A stretch of DNA of 64,000 nucleotides from an uncultured Mollicutes bacterium (GCA_900548675.1 URLJ01000001.1:73855-137854); one strand, 5' to 3'; shown: positions 20,789 to 32,290, numbered from the stretch's first letter. Notes: generated by a model not told the origin, from the letters alone. A program made the numbers and translations.

Positions 20789-23700
20789 TTACCTCCTTCT
20801 ATTGATTTTCATATTGTTGCCGCTTGTTGCGTCTTTATAAATTGAATCTTTAACTGTTTTAACAACTTTATCAATTGAGTCTGTATCTGCAAGTTCTTTA
20901 ACATCTATTGTTAAATTTTCAATTGTAATATTGTCTCCTACACTTTTTTCTCTCGTATTAATAGAAGACACAATTGCTAAACTATTTTTTAAAGCTTCAA
21001 ATAATTGAGTTTGTTTCGCGTTTAAGAAAGCCTCTGGTTTACCAGCTTTACCATGCACCGCCGCAAGACCTGTATAATCTACGTATCCACCTTGGCTATA
21101 AGCTTTTAAATCAGATAAATTAAACCATCCAGTATACCCGCTTGAAAGTTTATGATAACGAACTAAAGCACGATTACCTAGAATTTTCAATACTGTATAA
21201 ATTGGGTCATTTGCATAATATTGCCCATAACCTGAGCCACCATTATAGCTACTATATATTCTCGCGCTTCCAGCGTTAACTCGAGAACCTACTGCAACCT
21301 GTCCTACAGAATCTCCTGTATCTACTGGAGTAGAAACTACTGGAGGAGGTGGTGGTTCTACCGGTTTCAATGTTGGCATTTGATAAATACCATTTTCATC
21401 TATTATTCCAGTATTATATCCGCCAGCTTCAGTCTTCCCAGTTAATTCATTTAAGTATTTAAATAAAGTCAACATTGTCGCTAAGAATTTTTCAGTACCT
21501 GTTTGTACTGCATCTGTAATTGCAGTAGCATTTGAAACAATTGAAGAAGGAATTTCTGAAATTGGCTCTGAAACAAAATTTTTAATATCTTGTCTTAAAT
21601 TAATGCTTTCAAATCCAATATCGTTACCTAATGTAGTATTTGCAGTTTTGATTGTATCGTTTAATTCTTCAAATTGTTTTTCTTGTGCTTGGTCACTTAA
21701 TTTACGATAATCTTCACTACTTGTTAAAATACCAATAATAGAAGCTGGCCCATTGGCAATGATGTTTAATACGTCTTGCCAATAAATACCGTTTTCATCT
21801 TTAAACGTCAATAAATTTTCCATTTGGGTAATTTGCATTTGTCTATCTTCTTCTCTTTGTTGTTGTTCTCTTGCAATTCTTTCCATTTCTAAATTAATTG
21901 CTTGGTCAGCTTGTGCTTGTAAACTTTGATTAATTTGCTCTTGTAAAGAAACAATTTCGGCATTATATTTTCCAGAATTATCTTGTTGTAAAACAGATAA
22001 TCTATTTTGCATTTGAGTTAAGTTTTGTTGGTCTTGAAGTCTTGAACGTGCGTCTCTTGCATCAGCAATTTTTTGTTGTAATTGAGAATAATACTCGTTA
22101 TCAAGCGCACTCATTTTATCATATTTTTCTTGTAAGTCTTCAATTTCTTTTTCATCCAATGCTATTAATTCTTCATATAATTGGTCTTTTAAATCTATAA
22201 TTGCATCACGTTTAGCTTCTTCCATTTCTTTAATTTGCTCTATATAATCATAAAATTTATCGTTCATTTCTTCAATTTGCTCATTTGAATCATAATATAA
22301 TTGATACAATTGTAACAAATCAGCTTTTTGACCTTCAGTTAAAGTGTCACTTTCTTCAATCGCCATTTTATTAATATAAGCTACTCCATCTACCATTTCA
22401 ACATATTGAGCATAATCTTTCATTAAAGTTTCTAATATTAATTGATTATTTTCTTTTAACTCGGCTAAAACAGCTTTTGAATGTTGTGCAACCGTTTCTA
22501 AATATTGGAATTGTTGTTCTAAATTACTTGAATCTACACCAAATAAATCATTTTCAGTGCCTAATGCTGCAATCTTATCTTCATAAATACCATAGAATTT
22601 ATTAAGTTCATCTGTTGCTTTTTCAAAAATTTCATCTATTGTAGAAATTCTTTCTTCAAGTAAATCTTTTAATGCTTCTCGCGCAGACATTAACTGTTCA
22701 TTTACTTCTTCTGTACTATCAACAATTTTTTGACTTGCTGCGGCAACTGCATTAACCCAAGTTACAATATCTTGCCAACTATAGCCTTGCTCTTCAAATT
22801 GTTTTCGGATTGCTGAGTCTTCCATTGCATCATTATTAACTAAATATTTATTTAATGTTTCATCCCAAGTTAATAGTGACTTAAATGCGCTTTTTTCTAT
22901 TATTTCGTTAAGGTCATTAAAATCTCCTTCTAATTCATTAACTCCTTTTTGCGCATTTAATAACATATCAGTTGTTGTTTTGATTTGGTCTGATAATAAT
23001 CCTAATTTTTCAATTGAGCCGAAACTCATTTCAACTTTATGTTCTGAAATACTATTTAAATATTCTAAACGTTCGCTAATGTCAGTAATTTTTTGTAAAA
23101 CTTTGTCATAAGCTGCATTTATATTTTCAACAATTGTTGCTTGAATATTGTATAATAAATTCTGATTTTCAAGCATTGTATTATATTCATTTTGATACTC
23201 TTCTAACAATTCTGAAAATGCTTCGTAACGTTTTTCTTCTTCTTCTGAATTTATGGCAAATTCTGTTTGTTTTACTTGAATAACGCCTTCGTCATTAAAA
23301 TATACCCATTCTTCATAGGTTGTTAACAACGCCTGTCTTAATGTTGCTAAATAATCAATTTCATCATCGATGTATCTGCCATATAGACTTGCTTGCTCTT
23401 TTAATAATTCATTTTCTTCTGCTAAATCTTTTATATAATAATTTTGAGTAGCATCAATTAAATTACGTTTTTCACGAATTTTATTAATTTTCTCTTCTAA
23501 TGCTTCAATTTGACGTAAATAATTATAAAAATGCTCTAATTTTTCAACCATGCTTTCATAAGCATCGTCACTTCCGCCACCTTTTGATGGTTCGTCTCCT
23601 GTAAATTTAGATAAATCCGCACCTTTCATAGATTCAATAAAATCTATTCTGCTATCATATTGTCCTACTAAAGCAGAAACAATTTCTTTTTGTTTTTGTA

Positions 23701-26700
23701 AATTTGCTAAATTTGATTCTAGTTGGCCTAATAAAGCTGTTTGTTCTTCTTGATTAAAAATATCGTTTTTATCTTTATCAAAATTAGCTAAACTATCTGA
23801 ATATTCCCAATCATTATTTTCTGATGTAATTCTTTCTGCTTCAGCTCTTAAGCTTAATAAGGCATCACCATTTCCATCTGCTACAGCTTGGTAATATTTA
23901 CCCCAAGCTTCAGCTACTGTGCTTAAATTACCTAATACAGTTTTTGACCATTGTGCTTGATTATATATGTCTGCGCCATATCCTTCCGTTAAAGCCTGTA
24001 CAGCCGTATCAAAAGAACTTGTAGTTGCTTTATTTGCCGCTTCAGAAATTTCAGAAGCTGCAATATCTGCCCCACCTTTGCTTTTAATAGCCTCAATCGC
24101 CGCGGCGGTTCCATCAATTTGAGCCTGAATATATGCTTCTTGTGTTTCGGCTTCAGCTTTTTTTGCTCTTAGGCTATTTTGGATATTAGTTAATTCTGCT
24201 TGAACTTGCATTTGTTGAATTGCCTGTAAAGATTGTAACGCTTCTCCGTTTGCTGTAATCATACCATTAGCTGCATCAAAACGTAATTTTAAATTATCAA
24301 TTGCATTAGCAAATTGTTGCACAGTATTTGTATTATGCGTTAAATCATATGAAGCAAGTGCATCCATATTAATATTGTCAAGTACTGCAGCAAGGTCCAT
24401 AAAAGTATCTAATGAAATTCCAGCATTTTCGTCAAATTCTTCAGTAATACTATTTAAAGTTCTTAAATCTGAAGAAATGCTATCAATTTCTTTTCCTAAA
24501 TCAGTAAAAGACCATGCTCGTGGTAATGTTAAATCATTAAAAGCTTCATCTCGAATTTTTTCCCATTGTTCTTTTAACTCTTTATCTGCATCTGAATCTC
24601 CCAATTCTGCAATTGCATTATTGGCATATTCTACAATAAAATTCGCACGAGATTGATTATTGTCTAAAGTTTCTAATCCCGCTTGTAGTTCTCCAAAACT
24701 ATTTGCATATCTTTCTGTTGCTTCAGCGCCTAAATTTTCAGTTTCATAAAGAGTTGCAACTGTACCCATATATTCTGCCGTCGTTGCTGACGTTGATTGC
24801 AGTATTTTTGCCATTTCTATACGAGCATTTAAAAGTTTTTCAGCTTCTGCATAAATTTTAGTTATTTCTAAAGGATTTATAAAACCATCTGTTCCTTCTA
24901 CTCCATGCTCTTTAGCATAATTCATTATAAAACCATTACGTTCTTTTAATAATAAATTGTAAGATTCAACTAAACTATCTAGCTCTTTAGCTTTTGTATC
25001 CCCTTCTTTAAAACGAAAAAGACTAGGTCCCCAATTACCATATTGAGTAGTTGCACCCTTTTTAACATATTCCATCAATTCATCTGCGTTATTGACACTA
25101 ATTTCTTCACCGTTATATTTTACTCCTACAAATGCGCTAATTGGATTATGTTTTGCTGTATTTTCATAATCTACAACTTTTTCTCTAATTTTTTGTTCCA
25201 AACCTGCTAATTGTGAATCAAATTTTTCTCCTGTCCAACTATCTTGTTCATCTTGAACTTTAGCATAAAAATCTAATAAAGGAGAATTATCAAAAACCGT
25301 CCCATTAATAGCATCTACTAATATTTTCCATTCTTCTGTAGTTAATCCTAACTCATCTCTAAATTTATTAAAGAAATTGTCTAATTCAACTTGTGCATTA
25401 CTAAAAGTTAAATTATCGCCTTGTTGTTGTAAACGATTGATTAACGTAGAAATTCTATCCCAATTATTACCTTTTTTTAAAGCGTTATTAATATTATCAC
25501 TAATTTCTCCAACAACATCTGTAACGTCTCCCGTATAAGCCAAAACATTGTTTTCTACATTAGTCATAATAGCAGTTTTTAAATTACTATTTAAATTATT
25601 AAACATATTAGCTGTTACGTTATCTGACGATTCAATTAAATCTTTATCTAAATCATTAATTAATGTTTTTAAAGTACCTTTATAATTATTTAAAAACTCA
25701 TTATAAAAGTCTTTTACATTGTTTGTATTACCAATTCCAGATAAAGCTTCGGTTAAAGTTTGTGTTTCAATTTCATCTAATTCTCGTTTTGAAGTTTCTA
25801 ATTTACTATTTAAATCATCTAACACTGAGTTTACTTCGCTAATATTAATTCGTAAATTGCCATAGGCGTCTGCAGTTGTTTCAATATTATAAGTATCTGC
25901 CATTTCTTGTATTGTAGAATTTAATTTTTCTTGTTCGGTTGTTGTTAAATATGCTTGCTGACTTAAACTTGTATAAGTACTTTTTAAATTTTCTAAATTG
26001 GTTGTTTGAGTCATTTGTTGGGAAACTTTTTCTACAGCTTCATTTAATTTAATTGCTGATTCGGTCAATCTTTTTTCTAAATTTTCTTCCCAATTTTCCA
26101 ATGTTGAAGTTATTTGTTTAAAAGCCGTTACACCACTAATAATAGCTCCCAAATAATTTCCACTAAGTGCCTGCCCAATAGCCATAACTCCAGTACCAGT
26201 TCCAGATACTAAGCTTCCTGCATTATCATCAAATTGAGAAATAGCTAAACCTGCACCACTAATTGCCATTCCCGCTGTTGTAACTTTTTGTGCCATTAAT
26301 TCTTTGCGTTGTTTATTTTGTTGTTTAATTAATTCACTTTCTTTTTCCGTTAATTTAGTTTGTTGCTCTTTTAATTTTTTAATTTGTTCTTCTAAAACAA
26401 TTTTTTCTTTTAAATTTTGTGTATTTTGCATAGAAGCAGTTAATTGTTGAATTTCAGTATTTACCATACCTTGAGCTTCTTGATTTTTTTGCAATGCAAT
26501 TTGAGTACCGTTAATTTTTTCTTTTTCTTTTCTATGTGTAATTTTATTCCAAGCAAAGTCTTGAACTTTTTTTAATTGGCCTCCCAATAGTGCAAATGCC
26601 GTTGACAATAAAGCCACTGGTTTTTGCCCTGTACTGATTAAATTTAACAATCGTGTTAAAACCGTTAATGTATCTTTAATAGTATCGCTAGAAGTTATAT

Positions 26701-28582
26701 TGGAAATAAATTCTTGCCAAGTAACACTTAATTGCTCAGCCTTAGATTCAACACTATCCATTGCTTTGGCATGCATTAATGCCTGCTGTCCCGCACTTTC
26801 TTGTGATTCGGTTGATAATTCAAGAACTCTATCCCAATTTTGCATTAACGTAATAAAACGAGATTGTTGACGAGTACCAGCAATAATAGTTCCTAAATAT
26901 GCCTGTGTATTTCTATCTAAAGAATTCCATTTTGGTCCTAATTCAGCAAATACTTCTTCTAAATCTCTTAATTCTCCATTAGCATCTCTTAACGCAATAC
27001 CAACTGATTCTAAAGCTGTTTCAACTTTATTTACATCTGTATCGCCATCTTCTGTTGTTCCTGATGTTTTAACTTGTTGCATACGAGACATAATTGTTTT
27101 CAATGAAGTACCTATATTTTCTGGAGCCTCACGAGTTGCTTCAACCATAGTAGCAATATATGCTAAATAATTATCCATCCCTATTCCGGCTTGATTAGCT
27201 TGTGCCGCAGCTTTAGAAAACGCTGTAGATAATTCATCAATATCAGCCGCAGATACTGCTGCTACCTTATTAAATTTATCTGCTACCAAAGATGCATCTT
27301 CCGCACTTAAACAATAACCATTAATAGCTGCAGTTAATTTATCAGCTGCGTCTACTGCATCAATGCCTGCAACTTTTGCAAATTCTGAAGTAACACGAGT
27401 CATTTCCATAACTTCTGCGGTATTTAAACCTTGTTGATAAAATAATACTGCGGAACGAGTAACATCGTCTAATGCCATACCTGTTTCTTTTGCCATTTTT
27501 ATAAAATCTGTTTTTAAACCATTAACTGCTTCAGATGATAAATTAGAAACTACATAAATTTCATTTAAAGCACTGTCTAAAGATTTATAAAAATCATATG
27601 CATCAGTTAACAATTGTTTAAAATAACTTGCAAAAGCCGAAGCCGATAATATGATTCCAAATTGTGATAAAATTTCATTTAAAGTAGTTTGAGTTTTTGC
27701 AAATTCTTCAGCTTCTCTTTGCCCTTTAATTAAAGCTTCTTCAAATTGGTCTCCCATTGAATCTGCAGCATTTATTGTTTGTTGTGTTTGTTGTTCTATT
27801 GCTTCAAATTGTTGTTTATCTTTTTCAAAATTTTCTGTACTATAAACTTGTAAATTAAGCTCGTCAATCATTTTAGTCGTAGTTATAATTGCATTATCAA
27901 CAGTGTTATCCCCAGTTAATGCCGCAGCTTCAGCATTTTTTGCAATAATATTATTTTGATGCTGTTCAATTTGTTGCAAATGCATAATCACATTTTTTAA
28001 TGCTTTATTATCTATTCCAGATGCTTGAAGAAAATTTTCTTGAGTTGGAGTAAGCTTTTGTTTATTTGTTTTACGTTGCTGTAAATCTAAAAGCATATTT
28101 TTATTTTTAGCATTATAACTTAAACCAGTTTCTGCTTCAAATTTTTCTGTGGCATTTTTTTTATATCTTTTAGATGTATTTTGTTCTTTACGCAATTTTT
28201 CCAATTGTTCTAATTGTTCTTTATAAGCTTTTAATTGTTTAATAGCCTTGGTATTATCACTACCTTTAAAAATGTTCGTTAATTGACTTTGTAAAGAAGT
28301 AATATTTTCTAAACTATCTTGAATTTGAGAATTTAATGTTTTAAAAATATTGGTATATTCTTTACTACTTAAACCAGGTTTATTTAAACGTTGACTCATT
28401 TTGTCTAAGTTTGTATAAACTTCTTTAAAACTTTTATTTAAAGAGGTACCAAATCCTTTAGTTAAACCACTGTCTAGTTTTAACGAAGAAGTTGATTTTT
28501 CAAGCTCTTTAACAAGATTTTTTGTGTTTGCAACAAAAGATACATCTATTTGCATATTGGCTTGAACATTCTTTTTACCCAT
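20789..28582 (-). CDS. tail tape measure protein (2597 aa)
   Basis: Very long protein rich in Q/E/K/L heptad-like coiled coil. Lies between the tail chaperone-sized genes and the distal tail genes. Pro-rich linker before a Gly-rich C-terminal globular domain. Confidence 0.65.
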   Translation of the reverse strand: MGKKNVQANMQIDVSFVANTKNLVKELEKSTSSLKLDSGLTKGFGTSLNKSFKEVYTNLDKMSQRLNKPGLSSKEYTNIFKTLNSQIQDSLENITSLQSQLTNIFKGSDNTKAIKQLKAYKEQLEQLEKLRKEQNTSKRYKKNATEKFEAETGLSYNAKNKNMLLDLQQRKTNKQKLTPTQENFLQASGIDNKALKNVIMHLQQIEQHQNNIIAKNAEAAALTGDNTVDNAIITTTKMIDELNLQVYSTENFEKDKQQFEAIEQQTQQTINAADSMGDQFEEALIKGQREAEEFAKTQTTLNEILSQFGIILSASAFASYFKQLLTDAYDFYKSLDSALNEIYVVSNLSSEAVNGLKTDFIKMAKETGMALDDVTRSAVLFYQQGLNTAEVMEMTRVTSEFAKVAGIDAVDAADKLTAAINGYCLSAEDASLVADKFNKVAAVSAADIDELSTAFSKAAAQANQAGIGMDNYLAYIATMVEATREAPENIGTSLKTIMSRMQQVKTSGTTEDGDTDVNKVETALESVGIALRDANGELRDLEEVFAELGPKWNSLDRNTQAYLGTIIAGTRQQSRFITLMQNWDRVLELSTESQESAGQQALMHAKAMDSVESKAEQLSVTWQEFISNITSSDTIKDTLTVLTRLLNLISTGQKPVALLSTAFALLGGQLKKVQDFAWNKITHRKEKEKINGTQIALQKNQEAQGMVNTEIQQLTASMQNTQNLKEKIVLEEQIKKLKEQQTKLTEKESELIKQQNKQRKELMAQKVTTAGMAISGAGLAISQFDDNAGSLVSGTGTGVMAIGQALSGNYLGAIISGVTAFKQITSTLENWEENLEKRLTESAIKLNEAVEKVSQQMTQTTNLENLKSTYTSLSQQAYLTTTEQEKLNSTIQEMADTYNIETTADAYGNLRINISEVNSVLDDLNSKLETSKRELDEIETQTLTEALSGIGNTNNVKDFYNEFLNNYKGTLKTLINDLDKDLIESSDNVTANMFNNLNSNLKTAIMTNVENNVLAYTGDVTDVVGEISDNINNALKKGNNWDRISTLINRLQQQGDNLTFSNAQVELDNFFNKFRDELGLTTEEWKILVDAINGTVFDNSPLLDFYAKVQDEQDSWTGEKFDSQLAGLEQKIREKVVDYENTAKHNPISAFVGVKYNGEEISVNNADELMEYVKKGATTQYGNWGPSLFRFKEGDTKAKELDSLVESYNLLLKERNGFIMNYAKEHGVEGTDGFINPLEITKIYAEAEKLLNARIEMAKILQSTSATTAEYMGTVATLYETENLGAEATERYANSFGELQAGLETLDNNQSRANFIVEYANNAIAELGDSDADKELKEQWEKIRDEAFNDLTLPRAWSFTDLGKEIDSISSDLRTLNSITEEFDENAGISLDTFMDLAAVLDNINMDALASYDLTHNTNTVQQFANAIDNLKLRFDAANGMITANGEALQSLQAIQQMQVQAELTNIQNSLRAKKAEAETQEAYIQAQIDGTAAAIEAIKSKGGADIAASEISEAANKATTSSFDTAVQALTEGYGADIYNQAQWSKTVLGNLSTVAEAWGKYYQAVADGNGDALLSLRAEAERITSENNDWEYSDSLANFDKDKNDIFNQEEQTALLGQLESNLANLQKQKEIVSALVGQYDSRIDFIESMKGADLSKFTGDEPSKGGGSDDAYESMVEKLEHFYNYLRQIEALEEKINKIREKRNLIDATQNYYIKDLAEENELLKEQASLYGRYIDDEIDYLATLRQALLTTYEEWVYFNDEGVIQVKQTEFAINSEEEEKRYEAFSELLEEYQNEYNTMLENQNLLYNIQATIVENINAAYDKVLQKITDISERLEYLNSISEHKVEMSFGSIEKLGLLSDQIKTTTDMLLNAQKGVNELEGDFNDLNEIIEKSAFKSLLTWDETLNKYLVNNDAMEDSAIRKQFEEQGYSWQDIVTWVNAVAAASQKIVDSTEEVNEQLMSAREALKDLLEERISTIDEIFEKATDELNKFYGIYEDKIAALGTENDLFGVDSSNLEQQFQYLETVAQHSKAVLAELKENNQLILETLMKDYAQYVEMVDGVAYINKMAIEESDTLTEGQKADLLQLYQLYYDSNEQIEEMNDKFYDYIEQIKEMEEAKRDAIIDLKDQLYEELIALDEKEIEDLQEKYDKMSALDNEYYSQLQQKIADARDARSRLQDQQNLTQMQNRLSVLQQDNSGKYNAEIVSLQEQINQSLQAQADQAINLEMERIAREQQQREEDRQMQITQMENLLTFKDENGIYWQDVLNIIANGPASIIGILTSSEDYRKLSDQAQEKQFEELNDTIKTANTTLGNDIGFESINLRQDIKNFVSEPISEIPSSIVSNATAITDAVQTGTEKFLATMLTLFKYLNELTGKTEAGGYNTGIIDENGIYQMPTLKPVEPPPPPVVSTPVDTGDSVGQVAVGSRVNAGSARIYSSYNGGSGYGQYYANDPIYTVLKILGNRALVRYHKLSSGYTGWFNLSDLKAYSQGGYVDYTGLAAVHGKAGKPEAFLNAKQTQLFEALKNSLAIVSSINTREKSVGDNITIENLTIDVKELADTDSIDKVVKTVKDSIYKDATSGNNMKINRRR

Positions 28583-28608
28583 TTTTACCTCCTTATTTAT
28601 TATTTACT

Positions 28609-29154
28609 CTATTCTTTTATTTCCTCTTCTTTCGTTTGGTTTATTACATTATTTTTTAAATTATCAGTAATTTTTGTTAATTGTTCTTGAAGTTTTTCTG
28701 TTCTATCTCGATAAGCTTGTTCAGCTATTTTTGCCGTACCATTTAAAACTTCTTTTTTATCTTCTATACCCATAGCTTCAATTGAAGTTAATAAAGCATC
28801 TAATATTCCCATAAATGAATGTTGTTTTTCATAAAGTTTTTGATAATAATCGCTAAAAATACGTTTAACGTTATTAAACATTGTTTCGTATTGACTCTCT
28901 TTTTCTATTAAATTTAAAAAGAAAGGCTCAATTTCTAACGCTACAATATTATTTAAATCTCTACCATCGTTGTTGCATTCTTGAATTAAATCTTCTTCAA
29001 TAATTGCATTAACTAAAGCAATCATTAAATAAATATCTTTTTCTGTTTCTAATGCTTCCTCCCTTCCACTCATAAGTGTAATAGCCTGTGTTAAAATATT
29101 GTGTTGTAATACTAATGATTTAGTATTTACATTCTCCTTTAAAGTTATTTTCAT
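28609..29154 (-). CDS. putative tail assembly chaperone (by position)
   Basis: 181 aa immediately upstream of the TMP. Confidence 0.3.
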   Translation of the reverse strand: MKITLKENVNTKSLVLQHNILTQAITLMSGREEALETEKDIYLMIALVNAIIEEDLIQECNNDGRDLNNIVALEIEPFFLNLIEKESQYETMFNNVKRIFSDYYQKLYEKQHSFMGILDALLTSIEAMGIEDKKEVLNGTAKIAEQAYRDRTEKLQEQLTKITDNLKNNVINQTKEEEIKE

Positions 29155-29166
29155 ATTATTCCTCCT

Positions 29167-30570
29167 TTAACTCTTATATGTAGTCAATCCTTTAGCTTGA
29201 CTAATTAATAAATTTAATTTAATTTCATTTACATAAATTTCATCGTAAGCTCGTTGTCCCATTTCGGTACCGACTTCTCTAACTTCTGGGCCATATGCTT
29301 CTGGTCTGCGCGCCGCAATACCTGCATTTATTTTAGCTTCGTGATAATATTCCTCATCTAAATCGGCCCTAGAAACAGCAGCTACATAAATTTTATTACC
29401 TTCATCTTTGATTAATTTTAATAATTTAGACATAGGTAATAAACCAATACCTTCAATTAAGAAAAAATCTACATTGTCATTAGCTGTAGTAATATCATTA
29501 ACTAATTGAACTCCAAACCACGCGGCCGCCAAACTTTTAACAATGTTTAAAAATTCAACAACTGGCTCAGATTTTTTAAAAGTTGTTTTATGCAATGCTT
29601 CATTGACTAAATTATAATAAAAATTATCTGTTGTTAATCCATCAGCAATTTCATTAACAGTGTTAGTAATAACACTATTACCTGTAACACTTCTTAAATC
29701 GCGTAAACGATTAACAAAAGTATTGAAATTAGTCCCATTGCCTCCTCCTTGTAGTGTAAATGCCAAATGCCCTGGGCTCGCAGCTTTTCTATTTACCGCT
29801 GAAAAATTAAAATCTTTTCCATTTTCTAAATGTACTGTTAAATGTGATTTTGCGCCCTTCCCACTTGTACTAAAATTCTTTAATACTTTTACATTTTTTA
29901 CATTGTCAAATTGAGTTAATAAATGACTTAAAGCATGTACCGTTGCTTGATTTTTCCACTGTGCAAATGCTTGTTCTGATAATTTGTATAATTCTTGATA
30001 TTCTAATTCTTTATCGTCTGTAAATGAATTAAAAACACTTAATAAATCACTTCGCACTGCCGATAATTGTGTTCCACCAGTATTAGCTGAAACTAAAATT
30101 TTATCAAAATTTTGAGAATAGTCAGCACCTAATTTTCGCATTTTTTGTTTCATTACTTTATCTAAACCTTCTTGTATTTGTTGGCCTTTAATCGTTCCAC
30201 TATTTTTAAATGCATCAAAATTATTTGCTCCTAAACCTGCAAGTGCGCCATCGCAAATCATTTGATAAAATTGTTCTAAATCATTTGTAACAAAATTACT
30301 AATTCCTTCATCTGTAAATAATTGTTGATTTAATTGTTTTAAACTCTTTACACCCAATTGTTTTAAAACTCCAGTTTCACGACGCGCTTGAATTGCAATA
30401 ATTTTATCGACCAAAGTGTTTATTTTTGCATAGCTAATAATTTCATCAAAGCCTACTTTTTGAGATTTAATAATTTGAAAACGCTCATAATCATTATGTA
30501 AATATCCTTCATCTACTAAATAATCACTTTGTCTTAAAGCAGACTTTGTAACTGAATTGTAATTTCCCAA
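29167..30570 (-). CDS. hypothetical tail-associated protein (467 aa)
   Basis: Position between the tail-tube paralogs and the chaperone-like gene. Intrinsic terminator upstream at 30583-30616. Confidence 0.3.
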   Translation of the reverse strand: MGNYNSVTKSALRQSDYLVDEGYLHNDYERFQIIKSQKVGFDEIISYAKINTLVDKIIAIQARRETGVLKQLGVKSLKQLNQQLFTDEGISNFVTNDLEQFYQMICDGALAGLGANNFDAFKNSGTIKGQQIQEGLDKVMKQKMRKLGADYSQNFDKILVSANTGGTQLSAVRSDLLSVFNSFTDDKELEYQELYKLSEQAFAQWKNQATVHALSHLLTQFDNVKNVKVLKNFSTSGKGAKSHLTVHLENGKDFNFSAVNRKAASPGHLAFTLQGGGNGTNFNTFVNRLRDLRSVTGNSVITNTVNEIADGLTTDNFYYNLVNEALHKTTFKKSEPVVEFLNIVKSLAAAWFGVQLVNDITTANDNVDFFLIEGIGLLPMSKLLKLIKDEGNKIYVAAVSRADLDEEYYHEAKINAGIAARRPEAYGPEVREVGTEMGQRAYDEIYVNEIKLNLLISQAKGLTTYKS

Positions 30571-30582
30571 AATATCACCTCA

Positions 30583-30616
30583 ATAAAAAAACGGGTTAGC
30601 GCAAAGGCTAACCCGT
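30583..30616 (-). terminator. intrinsic terminator
   Basis: Hairpin ACGGGTTAGC-gcaaa-GGCTAACCCGT followed, on the - strand, by a T7 run. Confidence 0.55.
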
Positions 30617-30628
30617 ATATTCTTTTCT

Positions 30629-31444
30629 TTAAATATCATTATCAATATCATCGCTCAATAAATACATTTTGCTTACAACCCATTGATTTTTCTCCTTTAT
30701 TGGTAAACCAATTACATTAAAGACCGAAATTGTCGGACTTGCCTTTTCTCCCATTACTATGTCTAAATTAGATGTAATTTTCATTTTTGGTATCTCAAAT
30801 AAAAACGTCTTATTTAGCCCAGTAACTTCATCTTTAAAATATGCTTTACCTTCTAAACAAAGAATTTCATCAATTTTTTCACTACCAATTATATAATTAG
30901 TATAAGCATTTATATATTCAAAATAATAATCAATAACGATTTGTTTATTATTGTATTGTTCTCCTACAATAATTTTTCTTCCATCAACTGTATAACTTCT
31001 TATTTCTTCTTCTGTAACTCCATCGTCATTTAAAGCATAAATGAATAATTTTTCAGTTAATGGTGCATACATTGCAGTAACATATCCGCCATAAACCGTT
31101 AAAATTTCTCTCTTTGGAACTTTCTTTATCATTTCTCCAGCTTCTCTTTCGAAAGCCCCAGCATTAGACAATATGCTAAAACTAGCTTTAGACAATACAC
31201 CTTCTGTCAATCTAAAACGAAAATCTCCAAAGTTTTCCCAAACAACGTGAGGATAGTTTCCATGTCCTCCACGTGCCATTATTAATTTTGTATTTTCTTG
31301 TAATTCACTAATTTGAATTTTTTCAAAATATAAGATTGGTTCTCCGGCTCTATAAAATTTTGTCCCAATAGTTGTATCTTTATAAGCTCTAATAACAACC
31401 GAGTTTAACTCTTTTAAACCAAAATATTGCTGTGTATTTTGCAT
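30629..31444 (-). CDS. major tail protein paralog
   Basis: N-terminus (QQYFGLKELNSV...ARGGHGN) parallels that of the 31510-32277 product (EQYGLKEVANV...ARGGWGN). Confidence 0.35.
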   Translation of the reverse strand: MQNTQQYFGLKELNSVVIRAYKDTTIGTKFYRAGEPILYFEKIQISELQENTKLIMARGGHGNYPHVVWENFGDFRFRLTEGVLSKASFSILSNAGAFEREAGEMIKKVPKREILTVYGGYVTAMYAPLTEKLFIYALNDDGVTEEEIRSYTVDGRKIIVGEQYNNKQIVIDYYFEYINAYTNYIIGSEKIDEILCLEGKAYFKDEVTGLNKTFLFEIPKMKITSNLDIVMGEKASPTISVFNVIGLPIKEKNQWVVSKMYLLSDDIDNDI

Positions 31445-31449
31445 AGTGT

Positions 31450-31496
31450 CCTCCTAAAAACAAAAAAGAGGGAATAGGATGACTCCTATTCCCTTC
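31450..31496 (-). terminator. strong intrinsic terminator after the tail tube gene
   Basis: 11-bp stem AGGGAATAGGA/TCCTATTCCCT, followed on the - strand by TTTTTTGTTTTT. Confidence 0.6.
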
Positions 31497-31509
31497 ATTT
31501 TATTTTAAC

Positions 31510-32277
31510 CTACATAGAAACTGTTGGCATATTATATTTAATCATTTTAAACATAGCACCGTTGTCGTCTCTTAAAACTCTTAATGGTAAATTAAATGTA
31601 GCTGGGTCACCTTCAGCTTCCATTGTGAATGTTACTTCAGATTGGATTTTAGCTTTTTCGATTACGAATTGGAATGGTTCGTCTTCCCCAGTTTCTTTAC
31701 TTCTTACGATTGTATCTCCAACTACTCTATATGTTCCACCGAATTTACCAGCGTCTATAGTAATTGTTAAAGCACTTCCGTTTGTTCCGTCAACTTCTGT
31801 TTTGTAGAATACTCTAATTAATTTTCCTTCATCAGCTGCTTCTCCAACTGTGATTTCAGCTGCTGCTGCAACTCTTACGTATTCTCCATTAGCTTCATCT
31901 AAGTAGCTTACAGATGTTCCTGCTTTTGGAGCATAAGATAATTTTACTTTACCAGTAGCATCGATTGTTAATTCTTCGTTAATATCGATTGTAGCTTTAG
32001 ATTCTGCAGATGCAACGTCAATTCCAGCTCCCATTATTGTTCTTAATGATGCAGCTGAGAATAAAGCATCTTCTAATGTTACATTAACTTCTTTGTTATA
32101 ATCCCAAGAAATTAATGCTGGGTTACCCCATCCACCTCTAGCTTCTACGTTTTCAGCTGTTGTTTCAATTGTAGATACTTTTAATGTGTCTAAAAATAAA
32201 ACTGGCATTCCTGTTTTTATATCATAAAAAGTAACGTTTGCAACTTCTTTTAAACCATATTGTTCAAAAATGTTCAT
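31510..32277 (-). CDS. major tail (tube) protein
   Basis: 255 aa followed by a strong terminator, the usual pattern for a highly expressed major tail protein. Paralogous to the next gene. Confidence 0.4.
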   Translation of the reverse strand: MNIFEQYGLKEVANVTFYDIKTGMPVLFLDTLKVSTIETTAENVEARGGWGNPALISWDYNKEVNVTLEDALFSAASLRTIMGAGIDVASAESKATIDINEELTIDATGKVKLSYAPKAGTSVSYLDEANGEYVRVAAAAEITVGEAADEGKLIRVFYKTEVDGTNGSALTITIDAGKFGGTYRVVGDTIVRSKETGEDEPFQFVIEKAKIQSEVTFTMEAEGDPATFNLPLRVLRDDNGAMFKMIKYNMPTVSM

Positions 32278-32290
32278 TTATTTTCCTCCT

